This document shows, one piece after another, positions 51,558 to 55,185 of a DNA stretch of 55,185 nucleotides; position 1 is the first letter of the stretch; each line of letters begins with the position of its first letter. The stretch is from positions 1-55,185 of the forward strand of contig NW_021833730.1 of the NCBI RefSeq assembly GCF_006345805.1, written 5' to 3'. Under the pieces are notes generated by a model. The model was not told the origin of the DNA, searched no databases, and worked only from the letters and a program-made list of their open reading frames with translations. This DNA is from Octopus sinensis. Taxonomy: Eukaryota. Position numbers and translations under genes: made by a program.

Positions 51558-52224
51558 GAGAACAGACAGACAGAAAGATGGAGAGATGAGAAAGATGAGA
51601 AAAGAAGAGAGAGAGAGAAAGGAGGGAGGACAGACAGACAGAAAGATGGAGAGATGAGAAAGATGAGAAAAGAAGAGAGAGAGAGAGAGGAGGGAAAACA
51701 GACAGAAAGATGGAGAGATGAGAAAGATGAGAAAAGAAGAGAGAGAGAGAGGAGGAAGAACAGACAGACAGAAAGATGGAAAGACAAGAAAGATGAGAAA
51801 AGGAGAGAGAGAGAGAAAGGAGAGGACAGACAGACAGAAAGATGGAGATATGAGGAAAGAAGAGAAAAGGAGAGAGAGAGAGAAAGGAGGGAGGACAGAC
51901 AGACAGAAAGATGGAGAGATGAGAAAGATGAGAAAAGGAGAGAGAGAGAAAGGAGAGGACAGACAGACAGAAAGATGGAGAGATGAGAAAGATGAGAAAA
52001 GGAGAGAGAGAAAGGAGAGGACAGACAGACAGAAAGATGGAGAGATGAGAAAGATGAGAAAAGGAGAGAGAGAAAGGAGGGAGAACAGACAGACAGAAAG
52101 ATGGAGAGATGAGAAAAGAAGAGAGAGAGAGAGGAGAGAGAGAGAGAGAAAAATAGTTACCTGATATTTGACTGAAGGCATTATATTGGACTCCACCAGT
52201 AATCCTGCAGGATTCTCATTGTGT
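22982..52224 (-). CDS. ARIH2: Ariadne-2 / TRIAD1 RBR E3 ubiquitin ligase, 12 coding exons in window, 5'-incomplete
   Basis: Manual splicing of 12 GT-AG exons gives one open frame: RING1 (CTVC..CGH.FCKEC..CMAAEC), IBR (CPGPNC..CSKC..CFRC..HAPTDC), RING2 ([30 protein letters not shown]) and Ariadne domain. [44 protein letters not shown] and [15 protein letters not shown] match ARIH2 rather than ARIH1 as I recall them. All intron phases are compatible. Confidence 0.97.
23152..24443. mobile_element. GGC(A/G)ATC-TIR MITE complex with 8-bp TSD (Merlin-like by termini), carrying captured DNA
   Basis: Left TIRs at 23152 and 23821, right TIRs ending ~24105 and 24443; TSD tttttggc / ttttaggc (7/8). 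Confidence 0.75.
24610..24994 (-). mobile_element. SINE family A, full length, in the last ARIH2 intron
   Basis: Reverse complement of 38-421. Confidence 0.85.
25231..25966 (+). mobile_element. CR1-like LINE 3' end, five tandem 123-125-bp units then one full 3' UTR with (ATT)n
   Basis: tgaagcatgg at 25231, 25356, 25481, 25604 and 25727; each unit encodes [32 protein letters not shown]-like, related to the end of ORF 15786-16298. Confidence 0.9.
25977..26396. mobile_element. GGATC-TIR MITE
   Basis: Both TIRs present; TSD 6/8 (gagatttg / tagattta). Confidence 0.85.
26482..27715 (-). mobile_element. Two SINE family B copies; the second has a Helitron-like insertion in its spacer
   Basis: 3' half at 26825-27040 and head at 27565-27715 flank 27041-27555. 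Confidence 0.8.
27041..27555 (+). mobile_element. Non-autonomous Helitron/Helentron-like element
   Basis: Starts actagcagtatcgcc(t/c)ggcgttgctcgg and ends ttttatatatatagat; second 5' end at 48874-49060; internal fragments at 40860-40960 and 43700-43880; class assigned by end style only. Confidence 0.55.
27774..27857 (-). CDS. ARIH2: ARIH2 exon [28 protein letters not shown], 84 nt
   Basis: cccctctctag acceptor, gtaagt donor. Confidence 0.97.
27930..28315. repeat. (CT)n/(CTGT)/(CTAT) compound repeat
   Basis: Direct reading. Confidence 0.95.
28405..28885 (-). mobile_element. Diverged SINE family B copies
   Basis: Recognisable body and two heads. Confidence 0.7.
29066..29505 (-). mobile_element. 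RTE-clade LINE 3' fragment
   Basis: [24 protein letters not shown]...[13 protein letters not shown]...LLLWKPS; (GAT)n tail at ~29066; internal duplication 29195-29260 / 29425-29505. Confidence 0.8.
30266..30334 (-). CDS. ARIH2: ARIH2 exon [23 protein letters not shown], 69 nt
   Basis: gttgtacag acceptor, gtgagt donor. Confidence 0.97.
30979..31918. mobile_element. Four tandem copies of a piggyBac-type (TTAA/CCCTTT) MITE, ~240-bp period
   Basis: Units bounded by ttaaccctttc/t...gaaagggttaa and separated by aaatatcatggtgact. Confidence 0.85.
31995..32455. repeat. (CAC)n/(CAT)n microsatellite next to an ARIH2 donor
   Basis: Direct reading. Confidence 0.95.
32472..32615 (-). CDS. ARIH2: ARIH2 exon [13 protein letters not shown]...[18 protein letters not shown], 144 nt
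   Basis: ggtgacag acceptor, gtaaat donor; Ariadne-domain motif GTWIDWQYL. Confidence 0.96.
32817..33930. mobile_element. Second tandem array of the same piggyBac-type MITE, with a nested different TTAA MITE at 32876-33095
   Basis: Nested element has perfect TTAA duplication (32872-75 and 33096-99); solo copy of it at 39723-39941; solo copy of the host MITE at ~54955-55175. Confidence 0.85.
34218..34345 (-). CDS. ARIH2: ARIH2 exon (D)[18 protein letters not shown]...[11 protein letters not shown], 128 nt
   Basis: tattttacag acceptor, gtcagt donor; phase 1 to 0. Confidence 0.97.
34380..35500. repeat. Purine-rich minisatellite, 75-bp unit plus 0-2 extra 20-bp subunits
   Basis: Unit starts 34561, 34656, 34771, 34846, 34941, 35056, 35129, 35224, 35299; duplicated ~135-bp end segments. 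Confidence 0.95.
35611..35656 (-). CDS. ARIH2: ARIH2 exon [15 protein letters not shown], 46 nt
   Basis: ctttctacag acceptor, gtaagt donor; phase 0 to 1. Confidence 0.96.
35911..36150 (+). mobile_element. Abundant (CAT)n-ended interspersed repeat D, probably an RTE-partnered retroposon
   Basis: catcatcgtttaacgtcc...gggttggacgg...ggatgcccttcctaacgccaacc core also at 20540-20710, 29530-29757, 29900-30030, 30400-30770, 38450-38775, 40345-40700, 50840-51110, 52255-52460, 53220-53640 and 54300-54590. Confidence 0.7.
36620..37234. repeat. ~225-bp direct duplication of an unclassified sequence
   Basis: ~36620-36860 matches ~37005-37234 nearly exactly. Confidence 0.9.
37682..38260 (-). mobile_element. 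5'-truncated CR1/L2-group LINE, ORF2 C-terminus still open (second family)
   Basis: CSQLWSP...IESLQRNFT...[28 protein letters not shown]...GAELFNSIP...FKLQLDRYL. Confidence 0.85.
39617..39667 (-). CDS. ARIH2: ARIH2 exon [17 protein letters not shown] with the RING2 catalytic Cys, 51 nt
   Basis: tctttcacag acceptor, gtatgt donor; [11 protein letters not shown] catalytic motif. Confidence 0.97.
39958..40322 (+). mobile_element. SINE family B, intronic
   Basis: Head and tail similarity. Confidence 0.8.
40965..41132 (-). mobile_element. SINE family B head, intronic
   Basis: cgacgggcttctttcag...ccacacagccacccctgcg. Confidence 0.8.
41370..43600. repeat. 42-bp CA-rich minisatellite
   Basis: Unit atacacacacacacatacccacacaaatacccactctcacac; clean at ~42940-43560. 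Confidence 0.95.
44040..44540. repeat. GA-rich ~30-bp minisatellite
   Basis: gacagagagagagatagagagataaagtgg repeated. Confidence 0.9.
44555..44672 (-). CDS. ARIH2: ARIH2 exon (C)[39 protein letters not shown], 118 nt
   Basis: ctccttccag acceptor, gtaagt donor; phase 2 to 0. Confidence 0.97.
44785..45574. mobile_element. GGATC-TIR MITE interrupted by SINE B
   Basis: Both TIRs present; TSD-like ggaaaatag / gaaaaatag; related partial copies at 12645-12780, 52851-53170 and 53640-53880. Confidence 0.8.
44952..45335 (+). mobile_element. SINE family B, full, nested in a GGATC-TIR MITE
   Basis: MITE sequence resumes after the SINE tail (atttcaaccaatc). Confidence 0.85.
45630..48556. mobile_element. 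Dense SINE cluster: B heads, a C dimer at 46375-46790, degraded B heads at 46800-47400, and B head 47415-47580 followed by three tandem 3' halves at 47855-48556
   Basis: tttgtccccctagcattgc recurs at 47871, 48111 and 48361. Confidence 0.75.
47605..47825 (+). mobile_element. Short repeat carrying a minimal hammerhead-like motif (Penelope pLTR-like), inserted in a SINE B spacer
   Basis: gttt-CCGACGA-a-gagc-tct-gctc-GAAAC-GTT-aaac at 47684-47718. Confidence 0.5.
48724..48833 (-). CDS. ARIH2: ARIH2 exon, [39 protein letters not shown], 110 nt
   Basis: gtcttttcag acceptor, gtaaga donor; phase 0 to 2. Confidence 0.96.
49070..49673. repeat. (ATT)-based higher-order microsatellite
   Basis: attatcactattaccattattatt units. 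Confidence 0.95.
49682..49803 (-). CDS. ARIH2: ARIH2 exon [40 protein letters not shown], 122 nt
   Basis: gtctctgcag acceptor, gtgagg donor; phase 1 to 0. Confidence 0.96.
49937..50084 (-). CDS. ARIH2: ARIH2 exon, RING1 first part [12 protein letters not shown]...[24 protein letters not shown], 148 nt
   Basis: ctaattccag acceptor, gtacgt donor; Cys/His ligands; phase 0 to 1. Confidence 0.95.
50105..50630. repeat. GGTCA-rich degenerate tandem array with ~90-bp internal duplication
   Basis: Repeated gggtcagaggtca variants; ~50235-50325 duplicated at ~50380-50470. Confidence 0.85.
51215..52150. repeat. (GAT)n tract followed by a ~64-bp GA-rich minisatellite
   Basis: acagacagaaagatggagagatgagaaagatgag repeated about 10 times. 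Confidence 0.95.
52161..52224 (-). CDS. ARIH2: ARIH2 exon (R)[21 protein letters not shown], 64 nt, phase 2 to 0
   Basis: tttttctcccag acceptor, gtaact donor; occupies the pre-RING1 position; frame fits the next exon. Confidence 0.85.
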
Positions 52225-55185
52225 CTGGGAGAAAAAGAGAGAGAAAAAAAACATTATCATCATCATCATCATCAGCAGTAGCATTTAACATCCGTTGCCC
52301 ATGCTGGCATGGGTCGGACGGTTTGACCAGGGCTGGCAAGCTGGAGGGCTGCACCAGACTCCAGTCTGATATGACATTAGCTGCCCACACCTAATTCAGT
52401 TGAAGACTCTTTGGCTTGCAAATTATCTGGTGACCTCACTAGTGCTGGTGCCACACAAACAAACAGACGCCCAGTCCACTCTGTCTATTTCCCCAGGTCT
52501 AGATGCAGCTTCTGTTATTTTTGACAAAGCCATGGGAAAGACAGCTCTTCTAGGAGGAAAAAAAAACAACTCGGATATAAAACCTGCAGTCCTCTTGCAA
52601 TGCTTGTCCCTGGACCCTACTACGGTGACCGAGAGAGGGGCAGAAGTGTTGAACAAGATTCTATCACTTCAATCCAATGACTGAACATGGGAGAGGGCTA
52701 TCCTCTGACAAGACGAGACAACCATCATACCATCATCACCACTATTTGAACATCTGCTTGCATGGGTTGGACGGAATTTGACGAGGCAAATTTTCTCCTG
52801 CCAGATGCTCCTCCCGTCACCAACCCTCGTCTGTTCCCAAGCAAGAAAATGGGATCTTTACCTTTTGATCAACAGATTTAAAAAATAATTTTTTGTAACT
52901 AAACACTTTCAAACTTCGGACACTGGTCGAATGTGTCGTATAAAACATATTTTACTCTTAGCGTTTTTGAGAAAAACTTATATTTACGAAGTTATTTCAC
53001 GTTAAAGTTCTCGTATTTCGGTAATTTCAACCAATCAATGACAAGTATTCAGCTGAATAAATTTATTGCTGTTATTTGTCAACAACTTCCGGTGATATAT
53101 TTTTTATTTGTCACTGTTATTTATGACGACCCTTTTCCTAAAACCCTAACACTATAACCCTAAAACCCTAAAGCTAAAACCGGTACAAATGCACAAACAA
53201 TGTCATAAATAACAGTGACAAACGAAAAATACACCACCAGCGCCGCCCCGACTGGCTTCTGTGCCGGTGCACATAAAAAGCACCATCCGAACGTGGCCGA
53301 TGCCAGCGCCGCCCCGACTGGCTCCTGTGCCGGTGGCACATAAAAAGACCATCCGAACGCTGCAGCGCTGCCTGTTTGGCCGTTGCTTCCGTGCCGCTGG
53401 CACGTTAAAAGCTCCAACCGATCGTGACCGATGCGGACCCCCCCCCCTGGCACCTGTGCAGGTGGCACGTAAAAAGCACCCCCTACACTCGCGGAGTGTT
53501 GGCGTTAGGAAGGGCATCCAGCTGTAGAAACTCTGCCAGATCAGACTGGAGCCTGGAGCAGCCCCCTGGCTCCCCAGACCCCGGTCGAACCGTCCAACCC
53601 GTGCTGGCGCAGAAAACGGACGTTAAACGATGATGATGATAGTTGTTGTTGACAAACAATGGCAGTAATTTTATTCAGCTGAATACACATTATTGATTGG
53701 TTGAAATTACCAAAATACGAGAACTTTAACGTGAAATAACTTCGCAAATATAAGTTTTTCTCAAAAACGCTAATAGCAAAAAGATATTTTATATGACACA
53801 TTCTACCAGTGTCCGAAGCTTGAAAGCGTTTAGTTACAAAAAATTATTTTTTAAGTCTGTCAGTCAAAAGGTAAAGATCCAGAAAATGTTTCTCCTACGG
53901 CCAGACATGTTTTTATGGAAGAATGGAAATGAATGACACTACTTGTGTAATGGTGATTGTGCATCACATCACTCGTTAAGGTTATATCTTACAACTGAGA
54001 CAGATGTTAGACTTGCCTAAGGTGGCATGCAGGGAGACTGAACCTGAACATGGCAGTGCCCCAGCATGGCCACAGTCAAAAATGTCAACAAGTAAAAAAT
54101 ATATATATATATATATATAATAATATATATATATATATATATATAAAGACAATATATATATATCTTTTCTTGTTTGTTATTTTTGATTTTTGACTGTGGC
54201 CATGCTGGAGCACTGACACTGCCATGAAGGATTTTAGTTGAACATATCGCCCCCACCCTTTTTGCCGAACCGCTAAGTTACAGGGACACAAACATGTATA
54301 AGGCACCCATGACAGTTACAAACAAAAGGCACTCATGGTAGTGCCATGTATAAACGTCTGTGTGGACCCACATAAAAGCACCCATGCAGTTCCACACAAA
54401 AGCACCCATGTGTGCAACCCTAAAGCACCCAGCACACTCTGTAAAGTGGTTGGTGTTAGGAAGGGGCATCCAGCCATAAAAACACTGTCAAAACAAGACA
54501 CAGTAGCCTGGAGCAGTCTTCTGCCTGGTCAGCTCCATGTCAAACTGTCCGACCCATGCCGGCATGGAAGGTGGATGTTAAACAATGATGATCACACACA
54601 CACATGTGCTTGAAACTATGCATATTCCGCATTACATTGAAATTGCTTATAATATCTTCAGTACATCTACACCTCTTTATGTTGGCATCAACAAGACGGC
54701 CTTTGGAACCATTCCAACAACAATGCAGACACACACACACACACGCAATGAAAAGACACATAACACACACCCACAAACAGATATAAACTGTATGTATACA
54801 CCAATACATACAAACACAACATACTTATACACACATACACACACAGCATATTTATTCAAATTTACTAGACGTATCACACCGTCTCAGACACAACACCAAT
54901 ATTCTACATTACCACAGTTCGTACAAAGCTTTGGTCATCATAATCGTCATCAATTAACCCTTTCATGACCAATCTGGCTGAAACCAGCTCTGGCTCTGAG
55001 TACAAATGTCTTGTTTCCATAAGTTTTTAATTAAAATCTTCCACCAAACCACAATTTGTGTTCCTAACACTAGCTTAATGATAACTAAGTTATTTTACTA
55101 AATTCTTTGTTATATTTAAAATTAATTGAAAGAAACACAGAGCATCTCAACAGAAATATGGTAACAAAAGGGTTAATATCCATTT

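Noticed and set aside
51405-52196. 263-aa Leu/Ser/Phe ORF and charged plus-strand ORFs
   Set aside because: Read-through from an ARIH2 exon into a GA minisatellite
52225-55185. Next upstream ARIH2 exon
   Set aside because: No phase-compatible segment resembling the ARIH2 UBA-like region was found; it probably lies outside the window

Overview
Repeat-dense, AT-rich animal genomic DNA. The repeat families look like those of an octopus (Octopus sp.); this is inferred from recall, not a database match. I can support one host gene: an Ariadne-2 (ARIH2/TRIAD1) RBR E3 ubiquitin ligase on the minus strand. Twelve GT-AG coding exons (52224 down to the stop at 22982; 1156 nt, about 384 aa) splice into one open frame covering RING1, IBR, RING2/Rcat and the Ariadne domain. 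The N-terminal ~110 aa were not found and probably lie beyond the right edge. The rest is tRNA-derived SINEs, LINE remnants (HERO-like RLE, CR1/L2-like, RTE), a Penelope-like element, a decayed hAT transposon inside a 103-bp satellite, several MITE families, Helitron-like elements and large micro/minisatellites. The long ORFs in the supplied track are simple-repeat artefacts. Most worth a second look: tandem amplification of LINE 3' ends (one with a structured, hammerhead-word-containing UTR), minimal hammerhead-like motifs, long palindromes abutting (TA)n (one with AATAAA at its apex downstream of the ARIH2 stop), an intronic DR1/branch-point array, a candidate poison exon, and a MITE that appears to have captured a neighbouring Penelope/MITE junction. 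I found no clear-cut new system; all of these are hypotheses.
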